In this document: one piece after another, positions 38,442-49,472 of the stretch
How positions within the stretch are numbered: the first letter of the stretch is position 1
How the letters are laid out: the number at the start of each line of letters is the position of its first letter
Origin: a bacterium
GTDB taxonomy: Bacteria > SAR324 > NAC60-12
Assembly: GCA_965209155.1 (NCBI GenBank)
Contig: OZ242383.1
Location: 4,096,001 to 4,160,000 of the forward strand
Reading direction: 5' to 3'
DNA length: 64,000 nucleotides
Made by a program: the position numbers and the translations under genes
The notes under the pieces: generated by a model
Databases searched by the model: none
Seen by the model: only the letters and a program-made list of their open reading frames with translations
Told to the model about the DNA's origin: nothing

Positions 38442-39368
38442 ATGATGTGGTGTCCAAGCTGGTATTCAGCAGGTGTTGTTCTTTTTTTTTTCATTAATAC
38501 TCCTGCTTACCCGCAATCCATTTCCCGAGTCCCTTCTGCAGGCACTCCAACAAGCTCTCCGCACGATCAAGCCACTGCGCATGATCCCTTGCGGACTTGT
38601 GTCCCAACGCCGCAACATTCCCGCGAAACGGAACTCTATCAAAAACGTCTTGAAGAGTATTTAAAAGCAAGGAGGGAGTCTCCCCAAAACGCGGAAGTCC
38701 ATTACAACCTGGGTATGCTGTATTCACGTCTTCAGCAATGGGATGAGGCTCAAAAATCTTTTTTTCAGGCATTGAATCATGATCGGGATCAAAAGAGGGT
38801 CGCACGCATTTATTTCCAACTGGGAAATGTTTTCGCCTGTCAACGTCAGTTTGAAAAGGCCATTGTCCAATACAAACAATCCCTGCGTATGGAGCCACAA
38901 GATACCGACACACAGCACAATCTGGCACTAAGCCAACTCCTTGCCAAACAGCAACAACGGGAACAAGAGCAACAATCCAGGGGCAATTCCGACGAAAATG
39001 GTGAGAAAAATGAATCTCAACAACTTCCCAGCCCTACGAACGATCAACCCGAATCGTACCCCGAACAACCTCCAACAGAAAAACCACAGGAAAAAGAAAA
39101 TTCACAACAGAACCAAGAGGGAAATTCCCGTCAAGAATCCGACGCGCAACAAGAAAGACCATCAGGGGGAAAAAACTCTTCCGAAGAAGAGTCTGTTCAA
39201 TCTGAAGAGAACGGTGGTAGAACGGAGGAGGACACCATACAAGCTGCTATGACTCGTCAGCAGGCAGCGCAATTGCTCAACTCGGTTTACGAAGACCGGC
39301 GACGATTCATAAAAAATTTTATTGATCGTCAAACGCAAGCACCGACTCCCAGCGAAAAAAACTGGTAG
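38442..39368 (+). CDS. TPR protein with Q/E-rich linker (BatC-like)
   Basis: TPRs (HYNLG, YFQLGN, HNLAL), low-complexity Q/E/N tract, QAAQLL..., C-terminal EKNW. Confidence 0.75.
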   Translation: MMWCPSWYSAGVVLFFFINTPAYPQSISRVPSAGTPTSSPHDQATAHDPLRTCVPTPQHSRETELYQKRLEEYLKARRESPQNAEVHYNLGMLYSRLQQWDEAQKSFFQALNHDRDQKRVARIYFQLGNVFACQRQFEKAIVQYKQSLRMEPQDTDTQHNLALSQLLAKQQQREQEQQSRGNSDENGEKNESQQLPSPTNDQPESYPEQPPTEKPQEKENSQQNQEGNSRQESDAQQERPSGGKNSSEEESVQSEENGGRTEEDTIQAAMTRQQAAQLLNSVYEDRRRFIKNFIDRQTQAPTPSEKNW

Positions 39369-39415
39369 AACGAGGGTGAAAGTGGAGAGTACCGGCTAAT
39401 TTTGGTAAAATTTTC

Positions 39416-40780
39416 TCAACACACTTCCGCTTCCAGTGAAAATTTTTTAGCACCGGTGATACGGACTTTCACCAAATCACCTACATGCGCATCGCTTTCC
39501 GTAATCACTACGGAATGGTGGCCTCGGGAACGCCCGGAACGTGAACCAGGTTCTCGGGGATAGAATCCTTCTACCAACACTTCCATCTCACTTCCCACCA
39601 TCTCTTTGTGCTTTTCCGCTAGAATGGACTCCTGAATCTTCAAAAGGCGTCCCAAGCGTTCGTTCTTCACGGACTCTTCTAATTGTTCTGAGTATGCAGC
39701 TGCAGGGGTACCAGGTCGCGGGGAGTATTTAAAAGCATAGACCTGATCAAAACGAATGGATTCCACAGCTTCCATCGTTTTTGCGAAATCAGCTTCCGTC
39801 TCTCCCGGAAAGCCGGCAATCAAGTCGGTTGAAAGGGTGGCCTGTGGTACGTGGCTGCGCAAAAGTTGCACTTTTTCCAAATAATCATCAAGGGTGTAAC
39901 GTCTTTTCATACGCTTGAGAATATGATCCGAACCCGCTTGCAAAGGCAAATGGAGTTGTTCACAGACTGCATCCAATTCCCTCAATGCCTGCGCCAGAGA
40001 TTTGTTGAAGTCCTTGGGGTGCGGAGAGGTGAATCGTATTCGTTCCAAGCCTTCAATATCATTCAAGCGACGTAGCAATTCCACAAAATCCACCACTTCA
40101 CCTCTCACGCCATTTGCTTTGTAAGAATTGACATTCTGTCCCAATAAGCAAATTTCCTTGGTTCCCCGATCGACCAAATGGGCGGCTTCCTGAAGAATAT
40201 TTTCCGGTTTCCGACTCACTTCCAAACCTCGGGTGAGCGGCACAATACAAAAACTGCAAAAGTTATTGCAACCTTTAGTGATGGCAATGAATGCTTTCAC
40301 ACCAGGCTGCGAAACATTTTCGAAGCTGAAATCGGGAATGAAATTTCGAACTTTTTGTTTAGGGGCTTTGCGTGAGGTTTGAACAACCCGCTTTCCCTGA
40401 CGCACTGCCTGCAAAAGTTCTGGTAAATCAAAGAGATTGTCCGTACCAAAGACCATGTCGACATTTCGGGCGCGTTGCAGAATTTTTCCCCCTTCCTGTT
40501 GAGCCACGCATCCCCCTACTCCAATGATCACCTGGGGATTCTTTTTTTTCAATGGTTGAAGCCTGCCCAGCAGACTATAAACTTTCTGTTCGGCTTTCTC
40601 TCGCACCGAACAGGTATTTAAAATGATCAAATCCGCCTCCTGGTAATTGTCCGAATAAGCGTAATTTTCCCGGTGCAGGACTTCCAGCATTTTATCGGTG
40701 TCATATTCATTCATCTGACAACCAAAGGTCTGAATATTGACTTTCTTTGGTGAGGGGACTGATTTTTTGGCGGTGGTCAT
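39416..40780 (-). CDS. miaB: tRNA-2-methylthio-N6-isopentenyladenosine synthase
   Basis: TFGCQMNEYD, NTCSVRE, GCNNFCSFCIVP, GQNVNSY, RFTSPHP, TRAM domain. Confidence 0.97.
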   Translation of the reverse strand: MTTAKKSVPSPKKVNIQTFGCQMNEYDTDKMLEVLHRENYAYSDNYQEADLIILNTCSVREKAEQKVYSLLGRLQPLKKKNPQVIIGVGGCVAQQEGGKILQRARNVDMVFGTDNLFDLPELLQAVRQGKRVVQTSRKAPKQKVRNFIPDFSFENVSQPGVKAFIAITKGCNNFCSFCIVPLTRGLEVSRKPENILQEAAHLVDRGTKEICLLGQNVNSYKANGVRGEVVDFVELLRRLNDIEGLERIRFTSPHPKDFNKSLAQALRELDAVCEQLHLPLQAGSDHILKRMKRRYTLDDYLEKVQLLRSHVPQATLSTDLIAGFPGETEADFAKTMEAVESIRFDQVYAFKYSPRPGTPAAAYSEQLEESVKNERLGRLLKIQESILAEKHKEMVGSEMEVLVEGFYPREPGSRSGRSRGHHSVVITESDAHVGDLVKVRITGAKKFSLEAEVC

Positions 40781-40925
40781 AAATCTAAGCTGAGCGTAAT
40801 TTTGTCGAGTTGAAGATCCGACTGGAATGTGTTTTCCTCCAGCTTGTACCTCTTTTAAAATGGAGTTAAAAGGAGTATATCATACAATTAGAATGGTATG
40901 AGGGCAATCCTTAAAACGTTAAAAT

Positions 40926-41861
40926 ATGAAAGTTATATTTATGGGAACCCCACAAGAGGCGATTCCGTCGCTTCAAGCCCTGATTGATTTTCCGGATTGT
41001 TCCATCCAAACGGTTTACACCCAAGGAGACCGTCCCTCGGGACGTCGAAAAACACTCGCACCTTCTCCTGTGAAGGTCCATGCTCTGCGAGCAGGTATTC
41101 CAGTCAAGTCCCCACACACCTTAAAAGATTCAGAAGTTCTTAATGAACTGAAACAAATGGAAATTGATTTGATCATTGTTTGCGCCTACGGACAACTTTT
41201 GCCACAAGCCTTATTGGATATCCCTGCCAAAGGTTGTTTCAATTTACATTTTTCACTTCTCCCACGTTGGCGAGGTGCCAGTCCGGTGCAATCAGCAATC
41301 CGGGCGGGTGATCGAGAAACGGGAGTTTCCCTGCAAAAAATAGTGCTGAAATTGGATGCAGGGCCGCTTGTGGCCCTTTCTCAAAGAGAAAGAATCCTGG
41401 ATACGGACACTTACTTTTCCCTGGTCAACAGACTCAGCCAGCTTTCTGCAAAGTTACTGAATGATTCTTTGCCCGAGATCTTTGACCAATCTCATACCTT
41501 GGAGGACCAGGATGAAACAGCCGTTACTCTTTGCAAAACCATAAAAAAAGAAGAAGGGTGTATCCACTGGGCTTTGGAAACAGCGATTGAGATGGAACGC
41601 AAATTGCGTGCGTTCACTCCATGGCCTGGCATTTTTACTTTCGACGAACAAGGTCGCAGATTGCAGATCACCCAATTGGAAGTCGTCACCGACTGTTCCT
41701 TGCCCCCGGGTCTCGTACAACCGGGATTTTTAGTAGGAACGGCGCACGAGGCAGTGCGAGTGTTATCCCTCAAACCCGAGGGAAAAAAGAAGATGACTGC
41801 CGTTGAGTTTATACGAGGACATCCCCGGTTAGTCGGCACCAACCTGGGAAGGTCAGATTAG
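40926..41861 (+). CDS. fmt: Methionyl-tRNA formyltransferase
   Basis: FMGTP, AYGQLLP, NLHFSLLPRWRGASP, LDAG, RAFTPWP. Confidence 0.97.
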   Translation: MKVIFMGTPQEAIPSLQALIDFPDCSIQTVYTQGDRPSGRRKTLAPSPVKVHALRAGIPVKSPHTLKDSEVLNELKQMEIDLIIVCAYGQLLPQALLDIPAKGCFNLHFSLLPRWRGASPVQSAIRAGDRETGVSLQKIVLKLDAGPLVALSQRERILDTDTYFSLVNRLSQLSAKLLNDSLPEIFDQSHTLEDQDETAVTLCKTIKKEEGCIHWALETAIEMERKLRAFTPWPGIFTFDEQGRRLQITQLEVVTDCSLPPGLVQPGFLVGTAHEAVRVLSLKPEGKKKMTAVEFIRGHPRLVGTNLGRSD

Positions 41862-42062
41862 ATTGAATCAATACTCTCCAATTTTCAATGAATCAGCTTG
41901 AATCTTCCAAAGCAAACGTTTAAAGCTCAATTTCACTGCAAGCTTGGAAAGAAAGGAGATTTCTTATGAAAGAATCAATTGTTCTTCCATACTGTTCAAA
42001 TAAACATTCAATTCCAATGCGCTTTATTTGTAATTATCCAATTCAGTCGAATTCAGAAAGCA

Positions 42063-42584
42063 ATGACAGAGTTGAACCCTTATACGAGAGCCATGGGCAC
42101 TGTTCTGGAAAAATTAAATCGTTCTTTTGGCGAAGCCGCCCAGGATGGAGCTTTGGTGCAATTCTTGTCCAACATGGTGCAAGGACGAATGCTGGATCAT
42201 TTGGTCCACCGGATCAGCCTTTATTATCAAATTGACGATTCACAGTTTGAAAAAGAATTGACGATGATTTTGGTGGAAGTTTTTAGTGATGAATTGTTTT
42301 CCCAGTTTCGTCGTAAAGTAGAAGAAAAACCCATCATCGTGTTTCATATCGCTCAGCGCATCCATGACACCGAAAAAAATGAGGAATTCAATGAGGAACA
42401 CAACGAAAAACGTTCCAATCGTCTATACCTGACAATTCTGCGTCAATACCTGCAATATCATCATATCGACGAAGTCATCGAGACGCTCAATTCAAACCTT
42501 CAGATTCAACAGCTGATATATTTAGCTTCAATCAAAAAGTACCTGCTTTGGCGGCTGACCCTCCCTATTCAGAATCCTCAATAA
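42063..42584 (+). CDS. Hypothetical helical protein
   Basis: Long ORF with natural composition, co-oriented with neighbours; no motif recognised. Confidence 0.6.
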   Translation: MTELNPYTRAMGTVLEKLNRSFGEAAQDGALVQFLSNMVQGRMLDHLVHRISLYYQIDDSQFEKELTMILVEVFSDELFSQFRRKVEEKPIIVFHIAQRIHDTEKNEEFNEEHNEKRSNRLYLTILRQYLQYHHIDEVIETLNSNLQIQQLIYLASIKKYLLWRLTLPIQNPQ

Positions 42585-42726
42585 CCTGTTTTTCCCGGAG
42601 AGTATTGAAGCACAGACCGGTTTGGCAGGTCTTTTCAACAACCGTATGATCTGATAATATTAATTAAACGCCGTAATAACAATATGAGGCCAGCAGTCCT
42701 TGCCGGATTTAAAAAAGGGGAACTTA

Positions 42727-43203
42727 ATGAAATATTTATTAATTTGTATGATCTTGGCATCGATCGGTGGATTTGTTTTTTCGGAAGGACAAGCTGCATC
42801 CGATAGTTCTTCAGAAGACACCGATATAGAGCAAAATTCCGATTATCGCGCTGCCCTGGCAGCAATAAAGGCTGAAGATTATGAAAATGCCCTGGTATTT
42901 CTCAAAAAAGCAGATCAAAGCCTTCCGGAGAATGCCGATATATTGAACCTTCTGGGATACAGCTATCGTCAACTTGGGGTCTTCGAGTCGAGTTTGGACT
43001 ATTATCATCGAGCCCTTGAAATCGACCCTCAACATTTGGGAGCCAATGAGTATTTGGGAGAACTTTACCTGCAAACCGGAGAGTTGGAAAAAGCGCAAGA
43101 ACGATTAGAGGTACTTGCGGATGCATGTTGGTTTGGATGCGAGGAATATGATGAATTGAAAGAAGCCATTGAAGCCTATAAAAAAGAAAAGGGGTTGAAA
43201 TGA
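42727..43203 (+). CDS. Exported TPR protein
   Basis: Signal peptide; NADILNLLGYSYR, HLGANEYLGELYL, C...CEEY. Confidence 0.85.
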   Translation: MKYLLICMILASIGGFVFSEGQAASDSSSEDTDIEQNSDYRAALAAIKAEDYENALVFLKKADQSLPENADILNLLGYSYRQLGVFESSLDYYHRALEIDPQHLGANEYLGELYLQTGELEKAQERLEVLADACWFGCEEYDELKEAIEAYKKEKGLK

Positions 43204-43349
43204 ACTATCTCATACCGGTAAATGACTTGAGCCGGTTATGAAATTCTTGTTTTCTTTGCGCGTAACCAATTTGAACATGGGAACTTTATTGAACGCAATG
43301 AACCTTCCTTTGAAATATTTATTGCCAAAGTCGCCTGAATGAAACCAGG

Positions 43350-44051
43350 ATGCTCGTCCCTCAGCAAATCAAAGCCAATCTGGAAAAAATTCGTCGAGAA
43401 ATCCAAGCGAGCGTACAAATATCCGGTCGGCATACGGAGGAAGTGCGATTGATCGCAGTCTCTAAAACATTTCCTGCTGCTGCGATAGAAGCTGCTATGG
43501 CTGCCGGACAATGGCAATTTGGAGAAAATCGGGTGCAGGAGGCACTCGAAAAGATACCCCTCCTTTCCCGGGACATTGAGTGGCACCTGGTGGGCCATTT
43601 ACAAAAGAACAAAGCCCGTCACTGCCCGGGAAAATTTCAATGGATTCATTCAATTGATTCTTCGCAGCTAGTGGATGCCTTGGAAAAAAGATGTCAACAG
43701 TCACAATCAGTCATCAAAGTATTAATTCAAGTAAATTTATCCCGGGAAAGCAGCAAGTGGGGCATTTGGGAATGGGATGAACTGTGCCGTTTGGTTGAAC
43801 ATCTCTTGTCGTGTCAATGTTTGCAATTAAAAGGCTTGATGACTATGGCTGATCATCAGGCCAATGAAAAAGAGACTCGTAAAATCTTTGCAACCCTCTA
43901 TCAATGGAGGGAACGATTGATACGGCATTTTGGAATTCAGAAAGACTGCACGGAACTGTCAATGGGCATGTCTTCCGATTACAAATGGGCAATTGAAGAG
44001 GGAGCCACTTTCATTCGCATTGGTAGCGCCATCTTCGGCAGGCGTCCCTGA
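43350..44051 (+). CDS. yggS: PLP homeostasis protein YggS
   Basis: LIAVSK, FGENRVQE, WHLVGHLQKNK, GLMTM, LSMGMSSD, RIGSAIFG. Confidence 0.96.
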   Translation: MLVPQQIKANLEKIRREIQASVQISGRHTEEVRLIAVSKTFPAAAIEAAMAAGQWQFGENRVQEALEKIPLLSRDIEWHLVGHLQKNKARHCPGKFQWIHSIDSSQLVDALEKRCQQSQSVIKVLIQVNLSRESSKWGIWEWDELCRLVEHLLSCQCLQLKGLMTMADHQANEKETRKIFATLYQWRERLIRHFGIQKDCTELSMGMSSDYKWAIEEGATFIRIGSAIFGRRP

Positions 44052-44102
44052 ATAAAATTTTTATAATCACACCTCATATACCTGTAAATTAGGAGTATAA
44101 AC

Positions 44103-44360
44103 ATGTCTGTTATCCCCTTTTCATTATCTCAAGTCCTGGTTACCATATTAGATTTGTACACATTCATTCTCATTGCCCGTGCCCTGATTTCCTGGATTAA
44201 CCCGGATCCTCATAATAAAATCGTTCAATTTTTATATCAAATCACAGAACCTGTGCTGGTTCCCGTACGCAGGGTGATTCCTCCCATCGGGGGATTGGAT
44301 CTTTCCCTGTTGGTAGTCCTGGTCATCATTCAAATTCTCCGTAATATGGTTCCATATTGA
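44103..44360 (+). CDS. yggT: YggT family membrane protein
   Basis: ISWINPDP.N, TEPVL.PVRRVIPPIGGLDLS; follows yggS. Confidence 0.95.
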   Translation: MSVIPFSLSQVLVTILDLYTFILIARALISWINPDPHNKIVQFLYQITEPVLVPVRRVIPPIGGLDLSLLVVLVIIQILRNMVPY

Positions 44361-44581
44361 TCAGAAAATTTTCGAGGGACAAAGAGCACGAACGAAACAC
44401 GATGAATCCCTCCCAAAATCATTATGAGACATTACTTCATGTTGCACAATCGGTAATGGAAACGATTTGAAAAAAGCTCCCTTTCTGAGAGAAAGGATGG
44501 GGGCTGGAATACCCAAAAAATTTCATGATAGTATATCTTATGCAATACTCGCATAAATGCATTCAATTGGTACCACGGTCT

Positions 44582-46096
44582 ATGCAATATATTTTAAAAT
44601 GGTGGATCGCTTTCTTGACAGGAGTGATTGCGCCTGCCTCGCTCTATGCTGCCGGGACATCATCGACCTCGCCCAACTCTTTACGTCTTTCTTTGGAAAG
44701 CTATCAAGATGGCCATCTCACCGATTTGATAGCCATTTTGTCCCATCGTATCGATCAACATCCTTTCAATTTGATTGCGACTCTTCTCTTTGTTTGCGCC
44801 ATTTGTCATACATTTCTGACGGGGATATTCAGAAGGATTGCGCATCGCTGGGAACATGAATCCCGTCAACAATTAAAGAGTCGAACACAAGATGAACTCG
44901 GGGTTTGGCACGATGTCCGTTTTGGCTCACAAGTCATGCATTTTTTAGGTGAAGTGGAAGTTGTTTTTGGCTTGTGGATATTGCCTTTACTGGCAGTTGC
45001 ATTTTATTTTTTCAGTTGGCACGAAATCGTCTCATATGTCAATGGAGACGTCAATTATACGGAAGCGATGTTTGTGGTGGTGATCATGGCTCTTGCCTCT
45101 AGCAGACCTGTGGTCAAATTGGCTGAAAACAGTCTCCAACAATTTGCCCGTGTTGGCGGCAATTCTCCTGCTGCCTGGTGGTTGTCGATATTAACCGTCG
45201 CTCCATTGCTCGGCTCGTTCATAACGGAACCAGCCGCGATGACCATCTCCGCCCTTTTGCTGGGCAAACAATTTTATCAATGCAATCCTTCTCCCCGATT
45301 TGCTTATGCCACCATTGGATTGCTTTTTGTCAATATTTCGGTGGGTGGAACGCTCTCCCATTTTGCCGCACCTCCCGTCCTGATGGTTGCCGCTCCCTGG
45401 AACTGGGATCTGGTTTTCATGATCACTCATTTCGGCTGGAAAGCAGCCTTGGGAATCGTACTGGCCAATACTCTGTATTTCCTTGTCTTTCGCCACGAGT
45501 TTGCTACGTTGAAACAGACCATTCCCGAGCAACAATCTGTAGAAAACAGTGCCGGTTCGACTCCCGTTCCTGCGTGGATCACCATTGTACATCTCATTTT
45601 CATGGCTTGGACCGTGTTCAATGTCCACTATCCTGTTCTGTTTATTGGAGGGTTTTTATTTTTCCTCGGTTTTGTCCAGGCAACACGTCCCCATCAAAGT
45701 CGGCTTGATTTGAAACCGGCTCTGCTGGTTGGATTTTTCCTGGCGGGTTTGGTCACGCATGGCGGTTTGCAGGGGTGGTGGATTGCCCCGGTTTTGGGCA
45801 GTTTATCCGAAGTTCCTTTAATGGTAGGAGCGACAGTTTTGACTGCGTTCAACGATAATGCCGCCATCACGTACTTGAGTACCCTGGTACCTTCCTTCAC
45901 CGATGAACTGAAGTACGCAGTGGTGGCAGGTGCCGTGACGGGCGGCGGATTGACAGTCATTGCCAATGCCCCCAATCCTGCAGGGCAGTCGATACTTGCC
46001 AAATACTTTGATGGGGGAGTTTCTCCACTTGGATTGTTAGCGGGTGCTCTCGTTCCTACTCTCATTATGGGATTATGTTTCATGCTTATACGATAG
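44582..46096 (+). CDS. Putative Na+/H+ antiporter (DUF1504-type)
   Basis: Many TM helices; LGEVEVVFGLW, GSFITEPAAMT, DNAAITYL, GGGLTVIANAPNPAG. Start uncertain. Confidence 0.85.
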   Translation: MQYILKWWIAFLTGVIAPASLYAAGTSSTSPNSLRLSLESYQDGHLTDLIAILSHRIDQHPFNLIATLLFVCAICHTFLTGIFRRIAHRWEHESRQQLKSRTQDELGVWHDVRFGSQVMHFLGEVEVVFGLWILPLLAVAFYFFSWHEIVSYVNGDVNYTEAMFVVVIMALASSRPVVKLAENSLQQFARVGGNSPAAWWLSILTVAPLLGSFITEPAAMTISALLLGKQFYQCNPSPRFAYATIGLLFVNISVGGTLSHFAAPPVLMVAAPWNWDLVFMITHFGWKAALGIVLANTLYFLVFRHEFATLKQTIPEQQSVENSAGSTPVPAWITIVHLIFMAWTVFNVHYPVLFIGGFLFFLGFVQATRPHQSRLDLKPALLVGFFLAGLVTHGGLQGWWIAPVLGSLSEVPLMVGATVLTAFNDNAAITYLSTLVPSFTDELKYAVVAGAVTGGGLTVIANAPNPAGQSILAKYFDGGVSPLGLLAGALVPTLIMGLCFMLIR

Positions 46097-46099
46097 GGA

Positions 46100-46399
46100 G
46101 TGATGAAAGATTTATCTTATTTTTTAACGTTCCTGTTTATTTTCATGCTTGCCGGTTGTACCGAAGAATCAAGAAATCGAATATTTCGGCAAGCCGATAA
46201 TATCCTTGGGAAAGACTTGATAGTCTCTTACATCGATGAAGGAAAAATTATCAAATCCTGGGTGGTGAGGGACGGCAAAATCACAACCGGGAAGGATGAT
46301 AGCGGGAGGGTGTTGGGTTATTATTATTTTTGGAGTGAAAAAGTCGGGTATGTACAAATTCCCATTGAACGCACAATCATTGAAGAGTATCGACAGTGA
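46100..46399 (+). CDS. Small hypothetical lipoprotein
   Basis: Hydrophobic stretch then LAGC lipobox. Confidence 0.7.
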   Translation: MMKDLSYFLTFLFIFMLAGCTEESRNRIFRQADNILGKDLIVSYIDEGKIIKSWVVRDGKITTGKDDSGRVLGYYYFWSEKVGYVQIPIERTIIEEYRQ

Positions 46400-46438
46400 G
46401 TCGTCTTGAATTTAAATCTTTTCAAAGAGCATTCTCCT

Positions 46439-47293
46439 TCATTCCACCACATATTGGTCTTCCAGTAATCTCTTTTCGTTGCTATCCCATACGATAACGC
46501 GCAACGCAACGAATGGATCTGTAGATTTTTGCTCAAAACTGGTGGAGAAGGGACGAAATCGTCTGATGACAAAGCGCATCGCTTCACTACGCTTGAATGG
46601 AATTTCTTCACCCACTTCATTTTCACGTAAGGCACGGACAATGACGAAACCCGACTGGGTTTTCTCTCCGGTATTCCTGATATTGAACTGAACTTGAATC
46701 GAATTGCTTTTAACTGTCATCCGGAATTGATCGACTATTATTTCCGGAGGGGTGAGGTCTTGAAATGGAATGCTAACTACGGGGATTGATGCGGACTGAG
46801 AAAGAACTTGTTTTTTGACGTCGGGAATTTTTTGAAAAAGCGCCTGGACGGTGGTGTGGGATTGTAAATTCTGCGCTTTTAAATTGGCAATTCGGGCATC
46901 CCGGGCATTCAAAGTATTTTGCAATTCCGCAATTTCCAGGACGAGCTCCGATTCTTTTACTTCTAAGTCGGTCTTGTCTTCTTTTTCAAAGGCTTGGGGA
47001 TGTTCTGTCACCGCAAGGAGAAATTTTTTTTGATCTACCTGCCGTTCCAGGTAAAGATGTTCATCCTCCAATTGCTTTAAATCACTGCTCAATTGCTCAT
47101 TGGTCTTGATTTGCTGCTCATAGTTGTTTTGCATTTTGGCAATGACAATTCGATAGGAAAAAAATTGAAAAATCGAAATCCCAACGAGCAGCGAAAACAT
47201 TAAGAATGCAAACGTTACTAACAAGACCAGACGAAGCCGACTGATTTTCCAGCTGCGTTTCGGAGCGACAAATAAAAAATTGGCTTGCATCAT
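46439..47293 (-). CDS. Membrane-anchored coiled-coil protein with C-terminal beta domain
   Basis: One TM helix, long heptad-like region, beta-rich end; function unknown. Confidence 0.65.
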   Translation of the reverse strand: MMQANFLFVAPKRSWKISRLRLVLLVTFAFLMFSLLVGISIFQFFSYRIVIAKMQNNYEQQIKTNEQLSSDLKQLEDEHLYLERQVDQKKFLLAVTEHPQAFEKEDKTDLEVKESELVLEIAELQNTLNARDARIANLKAQNLQSHTTVQALFQKIPDVKKQVLSQSASIPVVSIPFQDLTPPEIIVDQFRMTVKSNSIQVQFNIRNTGEKTQSGFVIVRALRENEVGEEIPFKRSEAMRFVIRRFRPFSTSFEQKSTDPFVALRVIVWDSNEKRLLEDQYVVE

Positions 47294-47624
47294 TGACAGG
47301 AAAGTGGCTTGCAGGATAATCAAGTTTATCTGCTCTCTGATCCAATATCAAACGAGGAGCATGTAAGCCCTTTTATTATTCGGAATATAGCAGGACTTGG
47401 CTGGTTATCGCAAGCAGGATCGCACCTGGAAATCTGAAGAAGCGTGTTGATTCTCCGGCGCTAGAGGGTTGGTTTGTATACGGTTCATACCAACAACCCC
47501 GGTGGATGGCGAAATGCTTTTCCACGATCAAATTCTCTGGAAATTTTAAAAGAGTGATGGTAAAATTCAGGATTACGTAAAGGTAAGAAGAGTTAAATTT
47601 AAAAGTCACAATGGAGATTCCACC

Positions 47625-49433
47625 TTGAAGAGTGAAAATGTGCTGATTATTTTCAGTATTTTGGTTTTGGCTGTTTTACTGATGAATATCTTCAGTAGTT
47701 CGGGAGGTTCAGACGCCCAGAGTTTGAATTACAGCGATTTCGTCAATCAAGTACGTGAGGGGAATATTGTCACCGCAACAATTATCGGGAATACTTCGAT
47801 CGAAGGTAATAACCTGGATGGCAGTATGTATCAAACCAATATTCCACCACAAAATCCAAATTTAGTGAATATGCTTCGTGAACACAAAGTTCAAGTTTCT
47901 TCGGTACCGGAAGCAGGCATGCCCTGGTATCTCAGCTTATTGATTCACTGGGGACCATTTATCTTCATATTCGCTATCTGGATTCTTTTGATGCGGCGCA
48001 TGCAAGGCCCTGCCGGACGATTATTTTCACTGGGAAAAAGCAGAGCGCAGCGTATTGATCCGAGCAAACGTAAAATCACCTTCCAGGATGTTGCGGGTGT
48101 GGAGGAAAGCAAAGACGAATTAGTGGAAATCATTGATTTTTTGAGAGATCCTGCCAAGTTCAGGAAGCTGGGAGGCCGGATCCCAAAAGGAGTGCTCATG
48201 TCAGGTCCTCCGGGAACCGGAAAAACTTTGTTGGCCAAAGCGGTTGCCGGGGAAGCTGAAGTTCCATTTTTCAGCATCAGTGGTTCCGACTTTGTTGAAA
48301 TGTTCGTCGGAGTGGGAGCAAGCCGCGTTCGTGATTTGTTCGAAGAAGGGCGTAAAGACGCACCTTGTATTTTATTCATTGACGAAATCGATGCGGTTGG
48401 TAGAAGCCGTGGATCAGGATTGGGTAGCGGTAACGACGAGCGCGAACAAACCCTCAATCAATTGCTGGTTGAAATGGATGGTTTCGATGCCATGGAAGGG
48501 ATCATCGTTATTGCTGCGACGAACCGGCCCGATGTACTTGATCCTGCTTTGCTGCGACCGGGCCGTTTTGACCGGCAAATCCATGTCTCCTTACCCGACG
48601 TGAAAGGACGGGAAGAAATTTTGAAAATTCACTCCAGAAAAATCACTTTGACGGAAGGGGTGGACTTGAGTGTGATTGCCAGAGGAACTCCCGGATTTTC
48701 AGGTGCGGACCTTAAAAATTTAGTAAACGAATCTGCTTTGGGTGCGGCTCGGAAAAACCATAAAACAGTTGCTTTGGAAGATTTTGAAAAAGCCCGGGAC
48801 CGGGTATTGATGGGTCCTGAGCGCTCCTCTATGGTTATGTCTGAAAAAGAAAAATTGAGCACGGCTTATCACGAAGCAGGTCACGCATTGGTGGCTATGT
48901 TGACCGACAATGCCGATCCTGTGCACAAGGTGACCATCGTACCACGGGGCAGGGCATTGGGTGTGACTTCTTTTTTACCGGAAAATGACAATCGTGCTTA
49001 TGACATGGACTATTTAGCAGGTCGGGTCACAATCGCCATGGGAGGGCGCGCTGCCGAAGAAATCATTTTCAACGAAATCACCACCGGAGCCAGCAACGAC
49101 ATTCAGCAGGCTACCAATACCGTGAGAGATATGATTTGTCGTTACGGGATGAATGAAACCATCGGCCCCATTGCCTTGTCGGATGACACGCAACAGCATG
49201 TCTTTGGCAGAGATTTCGGCAAAGAGCGTGAATACGGAGAAAAGACTGCTTCTCAAGTCGATCGCGAAATGCGGAAAATGCTTAAAGCCCATTATCAAAA
49301 AGCCAAGAAAATACTAACGGTTCATATTGAAGTATTGCATAAAATGGCCAAGATTCTGATGGAAGAAGAAACCATTGACGGTCAACAAATCCAATCTTTG
49401 CTGGGAGTCGGCCAATACGGGGGAAGTACGTGA
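47625..49433 (+). CDS. ftsH: ATP-dependent zinc metalloprotease FtsH
   Basis: Two TMs, [29 protein letters not shown]. Confidence 0.98.
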   Translation: MKSENVLIIFSILVLAVLLMNIFSSSGGSDAQSLNYSDFVNQVREGNIVTATIIGNTSIEGNNLDGSMYQTNIPPQNPNLVNMLREHKVQVSSVPEAGMPWYLSLLIHWGPFIFIFAIWILLMRRMQGPAGRLFSLGKSRAQRIDPSKRKITFQDVAGVEESKDELVEIIDFLRDPAKFRKLGGRIPKGVLMSGPPGTGKTLLAKAVAGEAEVPFFSISGSDFVEMFVGVGASRVRDLFEEGRKDAPCILFIDEIDAVGRSRGSGLGSGNDEREQTLNQLLVEMDGFDAMEGIIVIAATNRPDVLDPALLRPGRFDRQIHVSLPDVKGREEILKIHSRKITLTEGVDLSVIARGTPGFSGADLKNLVNESALGAARKNHKTVALEDFEKARDRVLMGPERSSMVMSEKEKLSTAYHEAGHALVAMLTDNADPVHKVTIVPRGRALGVTSFLPENDNRAYDMDYLAGRVTIAMGGRAAEEIIFNEITTGASNDIQQATNTVRDMICRYGMNETIGPIALSDDTQQHVFGRDFGKEREYGEKTASQVDREMRKMLKAHYQKAKKILTVHIEVLHKMAKILMEEETIDGQQIQSLLGVGQYGGST

Positions 49434-49472
49434 GAAGCCGTTCTTCAACTTCCATCCTCCGCCTACCTCCAA

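Noticed and set aside
47340..47620. Possible ncRNA or riboswitch upstream of ftsH (also 33100-33325)
   Set aside because: No recognisable SRP, 6S, tmRNA or riboswitch consensus; likely divergent promoter regions.
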